64,000 bases of DNA from Lingula anatina. Lineage: Eukaryota > Animalia > Brachiopoda. The stretch is taken from contig CM120640.1 of the NCBI GenBank assembly GCA_051362555.1, positions 58,382,788 through 58,446,787 of the forward strand. The letters are read 5' to 3'. Shown here piece by piece: positions 12,097 through 25,165 of the stretch; within the stretch, counting starts at the first letter, position 1; each line of letters begins with the position of its first letter. Position numbers and translations under genes: made by a program. The notes beneath the pieces are model-generated. The model did not search any database. It was not told where the DNA came from and saw nothing but the letters and a program-made list of their open reading frames with translations.

Positions 12097-12642
12097 GAGC
12101 GCATTCTCAACGAATTAAGCCAGGCTTTACAAAGCCGGTGACCTAAAAATGGCGGACGTACATGAAAGAAAGACCGCCTAATCTTTTAATAGTCTCTCCG
12201 CCTCCCCACACGTCGTCCCTGCGGGGTACAGTAATTAAATCTCGACTCCGTTCGCCATGCGGAAGCTACCTGAGAAATATTAAGTGCGCATGCTCATCAG
12301 TTAAACTCGTGGTGAAGAAAACATGGCGGCTGAAGGCGATCGAAGGAAAAAAGCTCTTCTGTTCTATTATCTTTGAAAACAGAGACGAAAAAGGAATAAT
12401 TTGGCCCGTAGAGCAGCAATGAATCGACTATCTACGGAGATAATATCACCAGAGATATTCACGGAAATATTAATGTTCGGAGCCGAGATTTAATTACTGT
12501 ACCCCGCAGGGACGACGTGTGGGGAGGCGTGTGAGAGGCGGAGAGACTATTAAAAGATTAGGCGGTTTTTCTTTCATGTACGTCCGCCATTTTTAGGTCA
12601 CCGGCTTTGTAAAGCCTGGCTTAATTCGTTGAGAATGCGCTC
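12097..12642 (+). mobile_element. PIF/Harbinger-type MITE with long TIRs, 546 bp, copy 1
   Basis: ~160-bp TIRs beginning GAGCGCATTCTCAACGAATTAAGCCAGGC. TAT direct repeat at 12094-12096 and 12643-12645. Near-identical copy at 28697-29243. Confidence 0.93.
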
Positions 12643-12919
12643 TATGATGTTGTGAGTGATAAGTGTTAGTTTTGAAAAGAAAGTAAATTGACAAAATGTG
12701 TAAAGTGTACAGAAATGTGATCAGTTAGCACCCCCTGATATAGTATATAATTGTATGCTCAGATGACATTGTATGTGATAGAGGTGTAAAGGTGATGGTA
12801 GCTGATTTAGCTACATCATCAAGGTGTTATTTAAAACAGAGCAAACAATGTGAGCTAAATGGCTTAAGTTGATTTCTTTTTCATTTTATTTTTGTGAGGC
12901 TAACGGTGGCACACTCTAA

Positions 12920-13143
12920 GGGTGCATTCCCAGAGATTTAGATCGATCCAGAGATTTAGATTTAGATCGACCTAATTCCCTTGGGTTTCACGCTAAATTG
13001 CAGTCAGCCGAGCGCGCACCATAGTTAATTACCCCCTTATAGCTTTAAGTAGGCGGGACAGATGCTTAAGCCGGCTAAGCTGACAGTAATCTAGTGAGAC
13101 TCCCACAGGGATAGGTCGATCTAAAATCTATGGGAATGGGGTC
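12920..13143 (+). mobile_element. Harbinger-type MITE, ~220-bp family
   Basis: Ends GGGTGCATTCCCAGAG and CTATGGGAATGGGGTC. TAA at 12917-12919 and 13144-13146. Confidence 0.9.
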
Positions 13144-13146
13144 TAA

Positions 13147-13361
13147 GGCTCTATTCCCATAGATTTTAGATCGATCTGTCCCCGCGGGGAGTCTCACTAG
13201 ATTACTTTCAGATAATCCGACTTAAATGTCTGTCCCGCCTACTACAAGCTGTAAGAGGGTAATTAACTTTCGTGTGCGCCCGGCTGACAGCTATTTAGCG
13301 TGAACCCCCAGGGAGTTAGGTCGATCTAAAGTAGGTTGATCTAATCTATGGAAATGGGGTG
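13147..13361 (-). mobile_element. Harbinger-type MITE, ~220-bp family, inverted copy abutting the previous one
   Basis: The reverse complement is collinear with 9465-9679 and 12920-13143. Separated from the latter only by TAA. Confidence 0.9.
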
Positions 13362-13383
13362 TTAATCTCAAACCAAAGATCAG

Positions 13384-13744
13384 GGGCCCATATCATGAAG
13401 CGACTAGAATAACTAACGAAAAACTATCTTGCTAACCAGAAGACAGCGATTTTCAAGTGTTGTTTCATGAAGCTGTCGTTAACCTATTGCTAAGTTCACT
13501 CATAAAGTTTGTTTGCTAGTTCTCTCGTTATTTATCGTACTCACAAAAGACAAGAAAGGTAGTCGGCTTGTTGTGTACAACGACAAAAATGATAACTAAG
13601 CAACCTTTTTGTTTCAGTTATTACCCATGTGTCTGATAAATATATAGGGTTTGCGAGTGGTCTGACCCACTCGTTAAATGCAAATGGCAACAATGAGACA
13701 ATAACAGACGAGGGAACTAGTGGTAGTTTCGTGAAACAGGGCCC
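13384..13744. mobile_element. PIF/Harbinger-type MITE with CWG target duplication, 361 bp
   Basis: Imperfect TIRs GGGCCCATATCATGAA / TTCGTGAAACAGGGCCC. CAG at 13381-13383 and 13745-13747. Confidence 0.78.
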
Positions 13745-14157
13745 CAGGTTTGATATTCTTTTCACTGCTTTGTTAGGATGATAAGATCTATCTGAAATCA
13801 TAGCTTGTCATCTGTGATGAGTGACTGGTCATCTGGCCAATCAAACTGTCTGCCTGTTTTCAGTGAATCCATGAGGTATTGCAAATATTGAGATGTCAAG
13901 AAATTTGATATTTTAGTTTGTGTGTTCACATTGTCAGTTTTCTGTCTTAAGAAAGTGTAGTTGTATTTGGAAGCCAATTTGGTAATGTTCAAGGCATAAT
14001 TAATAAAAATGTTGACTGATTTACTGAAAGTGGATTTCAGACATTTGCAATTATGCCATTACCCAGTTAACTCACCCCTCGCTCATTGACTGAGTATTCA
14101 GCCCAGGGATTCAGAGATTACTTATGCAATCAGGTGACTATTTCAAAGAGCCCCCCC

Positions 14158-14158
<1 letters not shown>

Positions 14159-14202
<44 letters not shown>
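14159..14202. repeat. (AC)22 microsatellite
   Basis: Read directly. Confidence 0.95.
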
Positions 14203-14205
<3 letters not shown>

Positions 14206-17200
14206 CCTGAATGCAGTGTACGTGTATGCATCTCTACCTACTCAGAGTGGTTACAACTGTTTACAACATTCAAGTATCTTATCTTGTATTTCAAATTATT
14301 TTACAGTTAAGTCATGATTTCCTATCATCAAACCATTATAAATGAGGAAAGGACATTTTTCAAGTGAAGTGTGGGGATATTGACTTTTGGGATTTATTGA
14401 GAAGAAGGTTTTATAGTTTGTTTTTTTCTTCTAGTGTAAAAAAAAGAAAAAAAGAAAATATTTGTACTGGTGCTAAGTTATCTTTATTAGGTGAAAAACA
14501 ACTTGTTATTTAATGATTGCTTGTGATTAATATGAGGAACCATGTTTGGTGAGTCCTAGATAGCTGGAACAAACTACCCAAGTGGTTATGAAAATAACAC
14601 TTAAATGTTGATTCTTTTATGGCTTGGAAATGAGTGCCCTAAAGGATGTCATAACATAACATTTAAACTGGCTTTTTAAGTTAACATTAAAAAAATGTCC
14701 ATAGTCTTTTGAACCATAACCAACATGACTTCTTTCCTAAAACTGGTAGTGAACAACAGAACAATTCCAGTTTGTTTTCTTTGTGCTCTGCCAATTTCTC
14801 AGTGATGCCCAAGCAGCATAGGTAAGTAGATCAAGCTGTACCCTGGTGCCAGCTTTCATCACTGCATGGGTGGCTGCCCAATTATTGCCACTCTTTGAAG
14901 AATAGAAAACAGTGGCCCAGATCAATACTGATTTGGCGGTAGTTTCTTTTTTGGCAACCTAAAGTGGCTTTTAACTTGTGTATTTATTTGCTTTTCTAAC
15001 AGAACATGGGTTTGTCAAAAACCATGCTATGAAAAGTGTCAAGGCTTTGGTGTGTAGACATGATGTAAAAGAATATGATTTCCGTTAGAGAGTGTATTGA
15101 TTATTTCAATTGGTCTCAATAGTAGCTTTCTTATTGCCCTTTGTCAATGGGCAACTGGGGGATGTAATTTTACAAATACATGGAATGTAAGGAAGTCAAT
15201 TGCTTTCTCACTATTTACAGCTATGTGGTGCTGTTGTTATTAAAAGGGGAAGAAAGGAATTACTTACAAGAAACAATTTCTTAGACTTGACATGATAAGA
15301 TGGAAAAAAGTACTCATGAGATGTCTTGTTAATCATAAAAAACATACATGTGTAGTAAGCCTGGGAACTAATATGATCAGGAAAATACACATGTTCACTC
15401 GTGACATGGGTATGCTGATGACTACATGCTCAATTTTTTTAGCTTCTCCTCTAAACATAATGGCATTGATAGAAAATGTAGCTGTCAGAGCGAACCAGTT
15501 CTAGTGACAACACCCCTCATTTGGGGGAGGGGGGGGGGGGTCATCAGTGGAAATGACCAATGTTTTGTAGGGGGAGATTTGATTATTGTTCCTCTATCCT
15601 ACCATATCAGAAAGATAACCAAACTATGCAAGGAAGGAATTTGCCCAAACAATGCACCAAGAATAGTCAATTGACATTGGAATAATATTTATCTTAATAA
15701 GTCATCTGATTTGTATTCAGTGACAGTTAGCATTGGTTGTTTATTGTTGGAAGTGTTTTATCAAATTTTACAGACCATTATATACTGTGCATTGTTAAGT
15801 TTGAGCTACTGAAGTTAAAAAAAAAAAAAATTTTCAGTGCATCAGTCTAAATTTGTGTGGTAAAATTTACATGGTTAATAAAAGCAATATTGTATATAGA
15901 TTTTATTAAAAGGAGGTTCATTCCTTAAAGCATGCTATAGGGCTCATATACATTTGAATGTACAATGGGATTTTTGTGGTTTTTACCCGTGCATGTTTGA
16001 TGAATTAAATGAATCTTTGGAATAATACAAGATAACAGTTGGACATATGGATAGAAAAATGCTGAATTGGGGATACAATACCATTAATATTTTCTTCATA
16101 GTCCATTTTTTAAAATAGTTTGTTCTATTTTGTTCAACTCTTGAACACAGGATCACTGAGTCTTTTTGATAGGAGAGGAGTTAAAAAGCATGGATATGGG
16201 GGCCACATATCACCTTAATGGTTCTTTGTTAATAAAATACCATGATAATGTCTGCAGTTTTATATTGGCTATAAGAGATGTCTGAATGTGAGATGTCAGT
16301 GTTCCCTTCAACCATCTGTTTGGGTGGATTTGCTGCAGAGACATTGAATTTTTTTTTTTTACTGAACCAGGAATATTGTCTTGCAGTAAAAATTTATATG
16401 TTGTGATTGCTATTTATCAACAGTAAGATTTTATTCATCTTTTATAACTCCTTGTACATTCATACATTAAACATCTTGAATTAAACACAAACAGATCTGT
16501 CAAAGCTATGTTCTTTTACATTAGTGACCAGTCTCATCTATTCTTGGTAGAAACCAGATGGGAACCAGTTCACTTGGCATGATATTATTTCTGTGAATAA
16601 AATGAAGCAGTCCTATTAGTCTCTCATCATAAATTGATCCAGTCTTGGTTCAAGTAAGGGTCGTACCAGGTTATAGCTGTTGCAATCACACTGTGGAGTC
16701 TAGGAGGTGTGGAGGATGGGATTAACCCTGTTCAAACATTGTGGAAGGACATGCAAACTGAGAGTCACATAGCTAGGCCACCTAGAAAGATATGGTACAA
16801 CACTTGAGAAGTTGAAAATTGGTTAACTGAAAAAGGTGGTAATCTGGTTGCTGAACTATTATTTCAATGTTGTGTTTATAGACCAATGTCTCCATCAAAT
16901 AATATGGCAGTGCTGTAAGCTAGAGAGTTAGAGATAATAAAAAAATATCTAATTGAATTACAGAGAATGTCATTTTTGGCAGAAAAAATTTGAAGAGTAA
17001 ATTTCTTGGGAATGCTGACATTTTCACCACTTACTGACTATCTGTCTTTCCAGTTGCAAAATACCCCCAAATTTGTTTGTTTTTAAAGCAGTTTTTTCTT
17101 CACCTGGCTTAAAGAATTTTTCTGCCAAATCAAATTTTGCTCAAGAAAAAACTTATCACAAGACTCACATTGCAAAGAAATGGGAATGACCATAACAAGA

Positions 17201-20200
17201 AAATAAAAATGGCAGAGAAAGTCTTGTCTCATGGTCTTGTATGGTGTATAATATAGACAGTTAAATTTCTCTCATGGTGAAGTTGTAGAATGCCAAGTGA
17301 AAAGTTTTAGGGCTCAGAGCAAAGAATTGTAGATCTAGATCGCTTCAGATAAACTTTTATTTTAGGCATTTTGTCATTTTAAGGTCTGAATCTAGAAATA
17401 ATTTGGGTCATTTTCAAAAACTGCAGTATACCTTAAAGTGAATGGTAACATTTCTTCCTCATATTTTGACTTCCAGCAAAAATATTGTAACTTTTAAGCT
17501 GGGGTAGAACTAACTTCTATAAAGAAGAGGAAATGTGGGTGAAAAGAACATGTAATTTAAAATGAAATTGGGAATATTTAACAAATCAAAAACCCAATAG
17601 ATATTAATTGTTAGACATGAAGTCTAAAGTGAAAATTATGAAAATTTCAGCTTTAGACCAATTGGAGAACTATGAATTTTAATCTAGTAAAACAATCAAG
17701 GATAATCTTCAAAGGAATACTTTTCTATCAGGAGTTCCCACAGGTCTTCCTCCCTAGGTGCATCCATGTCTTTGTGGCAAGATGGACTATTAAATTGAGT
17801 TTTGATTGATTGAGTCAACAGGAAGTCTGAGCTAGGAGGCTCCTACAATTTCGGTGCCCATAAATTTCTTGTTCAAGTCCAAAAGAAACAAGCAAGGGGT
17901 TAACAGAGTAGTGTAGCTTACTTAGCTAGGTAATTCCCCATCAGGCCAGTTCCTTTGCATTAAAGGGACACTGCCTTTTAATGATCCATTCAGTATGAAA
18001 TCTTCTGTGTTGAAATGTGCAGTTAGATTGAGAAGTAGTAATAAACTATTAATTTCTGCTTCCTTTTGGAGATCAATAAGTCTGATGTGTTGAAGCAGTT
18101 TCAAGTGGAATTGGCAAGACTATCTAGAACAACACTATCAGACTTACACGGGAGAGTATCCAAACACAACGGTGCGCTCGAGTAAATAGTCAATATAGAG
18201 TTGTATTATTTTTATTATTTAATATGGTGCAGATGTTATGATAGAATATGATATAAAGAGAGTGACTGGGTTAAGTTGAAACTTTTTTTTATTGCGGTGT
18301 TCTTTGTAGGAAAATGCATGTTAATGCTCTCCTCACTCATTTTCCAGTTTTGCTCACTTACCATTTTTTCCTAACGCCACTTAGATTGGCAGCAAAATAT
18401 TTGTGTTCTGCTAAGATATTTTGTGACGTATTTGCATGGTAAAAAAAAAAAGAACTCCACAATTTTCTTTTGCTGAATGAAAAGTTACTGCTATAGAGAA
18501 AAGAAGTGGTTGAAAAGTAAATTTGTATTCGTCTCAGGGAGCTGCAAAATACGTACAGCAATCAACACCTCCTCTCAATCAATAACATATGATGGTGTGT
18601 GCCCACTGATTGATATCAACGAATTAATCATTAATTGTGAGACATATGAAGCTCATTAGCCACTGTTGGTCAGCTTTTTAGCTTTCTTTTATTTAAAGTT
18701 ACTTTAAAAAGGCAACATGACGTATTGTATGTTGGCTTACTAACCATGCCAAGGATTTCTATTATTTTCTCTTCTTAGATCTGCTTCACTCAGTATCTAA
18801 TGCATCCTTAGAGCATGCAAGGTTATGCCAGATTACCTTTGATTATTACAGTGCATTTTGTATGATGTTTTCCCTGTTAAACATATTAATACATTCAGAC
18901 TTTACAAACTTTCTTACATACTTTCAACCCTGGCTCAGGCTAGATCCCCATGAAAACATTCCTTTATGTTGTTGATTAAAACGTAATTTATTTACTAATT
19001 GAAAAAGAAATATTGTGGTTTTTTATTATCTTTGCACCTAAGGACCACCCTCTAAGTAAAACATCAACAAAAAATACTGCATTCTAAGTACATTCTGTTT
19101 GACAGGTTATCATAAATTTATCATCTGCTGCTGGAGGGCTGTATTGTCTCACATGGTGTATGAATACATAAGCTACAAGTAGTCCCCAGTGTTTAGTCTG
19201 TTGCGCCCTCAGTCAGGTGCCAGCAATTTGGTGTGTTTGCATTGTAAGAAGCAGGCACCAAAGGTCAGAACCTTATCAAAGCAATGCACAATGACTATGG
19301 GATCTATTCGGCATTGGGGGATAAAATACTGTAAAGGGGGAGTAATCCAGTAGCAACATTTTCAAAAATCATAGCAGAAAACCAAATATTTTATGCTTGT
19401 TTGATGGGATGTTTGCAAAGGGTTAATCCATGTAGTTTTCCCTGTGTGTGTAGAGAAAGACCTGAGAGTTAGCCGCCCTCACAGACAGGGACAGGTGTAT
19501 TATTGTCACCCTTGTCAGAGGTGTGAACTGTGCATTTAAAATGACATCAGGTTGTGATTACTTATAATTCTGAATTTGACAGATGGTGTGATGCGTACTC
19601 TGGATAACAGGAGAAAAACTAGGCTGTTTAACCTAGTAATGTTTTCTTTGTAATTAAGAAGGGAACAAATTTCTTTTGTCATCTGATGAAAGGTTGCATG
19701 CTCATAATTCTGTAGTGTGGCACAGAAGTGTAGAGTTACAAAGATTGATTAAGGAGGATAATAATAGAACCTGAAGGTTAGATGAAAGGAAATGAAGATA
19801 TTTGAGGTGTTGATTGATAATCAGCGGTGTAGAAATCACCTGAAAATTCCCACTGCAGTATAATGTGAAGCCATTGTCTTGGGAGAATTTTTTTTTACTG
19901 AATGAGGCAGTAAATTATAATCAGTATTGTTAAAATTTAACACCAGTTTCCATGCAGATTTGTGCTCATTTTTCACTTACTCTAAATTAAAAAAATGTTT
20001 TATATGCATTTGCTAACAATTTTTTTTTCACTTTCCCTTTGTTGAAAGGACTTGCTGCTATTTGTTTACTTGAACTGTCTAACTCAATTTGGGAAATATT
20101 GCCAGTGGAAAGGGGAAAAAAAGCCCAGAGGCTACAGATGAAGGGCCTCAAGGCATGCACATACAATGCCGCAGTTTTCTACTGATTTGGATGGATGAGT

Positions 20201-23169
20201 GTAATCTGTACTGGTTTTAGTACTTGTTAAATAGCACTGATACAACTGACATATTTTTTGTGTTGTGGCTGTACATCTTGCCAGATGGCTGAAGTGTGCA
20301 TAGTTTGCTTTTTTATGTAGAACAAAAGGGATGGCTGCTGGTATTGATGTTTAGTGATGGTAAAAAATGTACATTTAGAAGGCATTTTCTTCTCAGTAAA
20401 GAATATCAGATATGTTTTGTTAACTAATGCTAATCACAATTGGATATAGTAAGAATGTTAGACACAGTAGGCCAGGAGAAATTGTTAAATATTGAATGTG
20501 TAATAGAAATATGTCATTAGAAATTGCTCAAATTTTACCTGCAGTGTTGAAGGGGTTAATGTGTGCGCATTGGCATATTATTGACCTCTAACCCTAGCAT
20601 TTGAGGTATTAGCAAAAAGAGTGCTTTTTGTACAGCAGATATGTATAAATTTCTTATTTTGAATATGTATGCTACTTATGAAGCTTGTGAACATGGTTGG
20701 GAATTTTGCAGAAATTTTTTGACCTTGGCTACTAACACAATGGAAGTTCACTTGTCTAATTGGGTGGAAAGCCTTTTAACAATCTGAAATAAAAGTTAGA
20801 AGGATAGTTTTATGAAAAAGATTCAAAGAGGTATTGGTTGTTCTGACTTTTTAAGATGAAATTATTTGATAAAATGATATATAAATAGTCTTAACAGGTA
20901 AATAATGCTTTTGGATTGAGCTCATAATGAATTAGAAGTGAGAGTGAAGTTCATGTGAAATGGAATCTCCATTGGTTTAGTCACCTGTGAAATGCCTTTA
21001 ACAAGGCAGGCTGTGCAGTTGTTTTCTTTAGCATTTCAGGCAAACAAACAGTCAAACTTCTAAATTGTTCTCAATAGGAAACTGAGTAGCAAACCCCTTC
21101 AATAGTATGAATGATGGTTGTATGTTATTACAATATAAGTAGGAAGATAGGAGTATGTGAAGAATTTTTTCAAGATCAGGTAGGGGAAGTCTCTAAATTT
21201 TATAGATTATGAAGAAACACATTCATAGCTGTTTCTGTGATCGCTTAAAAATAACTCTGACACTTGTCCTGAGGCTAATAATCAAATCCAAACACAAAAC
21301 CAACAGAAAAGAAGCATGGTTTTATCTACGCAGTCAGGTAAAGAAAAGGATTAGGCAGGCACACCTGGGGAGCTCCTCTAATCGGCTGGCTTAAGGAAAC
21401 ACAGACTGTTTATCTTCATTACATTATAAGCAGAGTGAGAAGTGAACAAGACACAATCAGGGATAGCATAGCCCCCATAGTCCCCACTGTACTTGCTTGC
21501 AGTAAGAGGATGTGTGTGTGTGGGGAGGGGGGGGGGGGCATCCAGGAAATTTAATGGTTTTTAAATGTTTGATTGTGACATTCATTTATTCTTGCAAGAG
21601 TGCTTTGTTTGCTGATATTTGAAATCTTCTTGTTAATATGAAATTCTGTTCCCAAAAAAAAAAAAATTTTTTTTGTGGAAAAATGAAAGCAACCATCTGT
21701 GTTGATGATGTATACTCATACAAGGAAAGTGTGTAACAGTGACATTTTCACGTGACCAGTTGTGGTGAGTTGTGGTCTAGATTAGGTCTGCCACTGACGA
21801 AGAAGGAAAGACCAGACTCTGTAATAATGAAATATGGATTTCTATACTTAACAGATGTGACAGGAGTTGCATATTACAATACGAGTATCAGCAAATTTAG
21901 TTACAAGACTGTAATTACTGTGACTTCAGTTTTCATAAATCTCTTTTCTTTCAACAGTCATGCTGAGCAAGATATGAATGGATTCTTTTATATAGCCAAC
22001 TAAAAGGTTCTAAATTCTACCCCCCCCCTCCCCCAAACAAAAATTGTTCAATCAATTTGGCAATTGAAGAGACAGTGACATGGTGGGATACAATCTTTAT
22101 CGAAGCTTGAATGTATTTACTATAACAAGCAACAAATGCATAGTATGCATATTTTTTTTGCAAATAATGTTATATCAAGTACTAGTAGGTGGAATAAATT
22201 GGATATGAGAGAGGTTTGCCGTGGGCATGAAATGCACCTCTAAGTTGCTACTTGAAGGCTGAGTACTGGATGGATCTGGTGGTTAAGCCATACAAAGTTG
22301 TTGATTATTTGGTTAGTGGCACAACTCCCTGATTTTAAAGAATTTGTATTTGTTTTTCGCACCTACTTTTTCACGAAAAAAAAAAAACATTTGTTATTGA
22401 TAAGTAAAGTGAAAGAAGTTTATAATTGACTCCAGGAAAAAGCCTTAGTGCTATTGTTTTTATGCTGTAAAATTGCTCACAATGTGAGTTTGACCCCCCC
22501 CCTTTAAAAAATGCATTATTAAAATAAAAAAATTAAAAATTTATTTATTATTATTAAATAAAATGAGTAAGAATATAAATAAACACTGATTGACCCTGAA
22601 ATTAAGCTTATTACACATCAAATGTAAAAAAAAAAAAAAAATAAATAAATAAATAAATACATTTCATCTATGGACCCTGTTTACGGAGTCACTACTTGTA
22701 AACCAACTTTACAGTTTTGTGTCACCTGAGGTATTTTTTTTAATTGTTGGGTCTTATAAAAAAATGTCTCTCTTTGTAAGTTTGTTGGCTTTTCTCTGCT
22801 ATGGACTTAAACACTTTGCATGAAGAATGCAATCAGCTTTCTATTTATTATGTGCAAGTGATTTTGGACTGTGAAATAGTGTGGGCCTACTTCTTCAAAA
22901 TAGCATGAAATTTCTTTGTCCGAACTACGCAAATGGAAATCATTCTGTGTCTTTAGAAAGCATAGTATTTTGAATGTGTTGACCTGTAAGTTATCTTCCA
23001 AATTTTCTTAATAATTTTTATGGTTAATAAAATGCTATTTCATACTACAAATTAACCTAAAAATGTCATAAGAAACTATTTTTGTCTTTGAAAAGTTATT
23101 TGCCACTTTGGTTGCAAATCAAAGCAACCCCTGAATGGCAATATATTGATTTTCCATTTGCATTTCCAG

Positions 23170-23355
23170 ATGTTGGTCAAAAATGAGTCTTCCAAAAGCA
23201 ACAACCTGCCCACATCTTCCACCTCTGCCAGTGAGGGAAGAGCCCCCAGTGAGGAGACCAAGACAGACATAGAGGCCACTCTCCCAACTGAGAACAAAAT
23301 AGCACAGAAACTGCAAGCCAAGAAAAAAGCACACAGTAGTAACAGCACTAAAAAG
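23170..23355 (+). CDS. Probable internal coding exon of the AUTS2-family gene (position of vertebrate exon 2), 186 bp, phase 0/0
   Basis: Acceptor ttttccatttgcatttccAG and donor AAG|GTAGGT. Open for 62 codons, MLVKNESSKSNNLPTSSTSASEGRAPSEETKTDIEATLPTENKIAQKLQAKKKAHSSNSTKK, with coding-like composition. Phase is compatible with the exon at 45661. Assignment to the gene is positional; I see no clear sequence homology. Confidence 0.72.
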
Positions 23356-23957
23356 GTAGGTCTGGTCCTGTGCCCCTCCCCCACCCTCACCCCACCCCTC
23401 TCTTCAAAAAGGAAAGCAAGATGCCCAGGTTGTCATTTTCTGCTATTATTATTTTCTTAATTGATATGTTTACTTGTAGTGATGTTTCCCTTTGTGTCAT
23501 TAGACTTTTTGTTACCCTCTACTAAGACCACAGAGAGATTTCTTCCCATGGGGTTTATATTTTTCTCTGGCAATACTGTGCATATTTCTGTACTGTGACC
23601 CTGTGATAAAATGTTAGATATATTTATCCCATAGTTGGTGCTTTGAACAATAGGATGATTGCACTTGTATTTTGTTTACACACTCACTTGAATTTTCATA
23701 TGCTTTGGTGCAGTATTTTTTTCCATCCTTTTGTTCAAAGTGCCAGTTGTGGGTTTAGTTACAACTACTCATCCGCTCTATGTGACATACAACAGCAAAT
23801 TATTAGTCTCTTTATTAGTCTCTTGCATGTGACATACAGTGGACAAATTGTGTTTTAACTAGTATTTACAGGGTTGGTTGCCCAGACACTGTACTCTTGA
23901 TAGCAATCAAGACAGTAAATAATTATGATCTTTATTGCTTGCTCTACAGTGACAAAT

Positions 23958-24489
23958 ACTGCGTTCATACTACGCTCAGTTATCTGGATAAGTTGTGAAT
24001 TAGGGCACAATTCGAATAAATGCAGTAGTGTGAACGCAAGAGGATTTCTGTAATTCGAATTTTCAAAATCCTGCAAACCAGGTGGATTTCTAAGCGGGAT
24101 TCGAATCAGTAGCCGGAGGTAAACAGTGCGGAGATATCTTTGCGCATGCACAGTACATGGCGGGGAAACATTCTTTTCTCAGAAAGCCTTTTACGCGTAC
24201 CAAATACGCGGGGTTGTCCAAATATTCTTTGTTTTGCTTTACAATGTTTTTTCCCGAGAAGAAAGGGGAAAAAATTCCAGAGAAATAAACATGTAGTTAT
24301 TGCCGCCATATTTTGTACTGCTTGATGCAGCGCATGCGTAGTTGTTTACGCAGGAAGTTTCACCTGGATTTTGGCTTTGCCGATGCAGTTTCCACTTAAC
24401 AGTGTGAAAGCAAAACCGAATCGAATTTCTCACGACAAATTCGGATTATAGAAAAATTCGCATTTTTGCAACTGTAGTGTGAATGGGGT
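23958..24489. mobile_element. Harbinger-like non-autonomous element, ~530 bp
   Basis: Imperfect TIRs ACTGCGTTCATACTAC / GTAGTGTGAATGGGGT. Internal repeat of the end motif (GTAGTGTGAACGCA near 24025). AAT on both flanks. CpG-rich. Ends uncertain by 1 bp. Confidence 0.72.
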
Positions 24490-25165
24490 AATATAAAAAG
24501 AGACCCTTGTTAATAGCTTATTACTTCATTTTACAACAAGGTTAATTGAAGGAATTGCCTGTGGTACAGTCCTAATTAAAAAATTGTTCAACATTTTATT
24601 TTGAGACAAAATGCAACATTGCTGCATTTATTTACACTTTTGACCGTTTGATTTCCTATGGTGGCATTATAAGACGAGCTTATATTTTACCGTTACCTTG
24701 ACCTTGAATCATACCTTCCATCTAAGGTCAAATATGAACTTCATGCAGCTGGCCTTGAGTAGCGAGTAGCTTTTCAGTACTAGTTACCTTACTTAGAGCC
24801 TTTTCAGGCATGGGTGGCTATTGGATATTTGTTGGGGACCTCAAGCAGCAATTTAGGTACTGCTTTCATCAAATTAAGTATTGCCAACTGTCATTCCGTA
24901 GTGTGATCAGACCAAATGGAACTGGGAGCATAGAAAGAAGTGTGTGGTTCAGTTATATATCAGTCCAACATGCCTACATTCTCATGTACTTGCTTTAGCC
25001 TTCACATTTTCACTGAAAAAGAATTGGAGATAGAGGGTATATCTTATAGCCAATCTGCATTATGCAATAAAGAGTTTGATTTAACCTTTGATTTGCAATT
25101 TATGATCCATGTACTGTTGGTATACTAGAAATGAGACTGGTTTAAAGTTGGGTTGAGTAGAATTA

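Noticed and set aside
12162-12422. 86-aa ORF present twice (also 28762-29022)
   Set aside because: It lies in a duplicated MITE and runs through the TIR arm. Its conservation reflects recent transposition, and it has no protein-family features.
17200-20560. Scattered transposon-like ends (ATACC-TTAA near 17430, GACTA..TAGTC near 18118-18191, AAGGGG-TTAA near 20550)
   Set aside because: No paired TIR and TSD could be established by eye; these may be old remnants.
24640-24790. CCTTGACCTTGA/AGGTCA-containing stretch resembling an old interspersed repeat or nuclear receptor site
   Set aside because: Single degraded occurrence, no boundaries or second copy.
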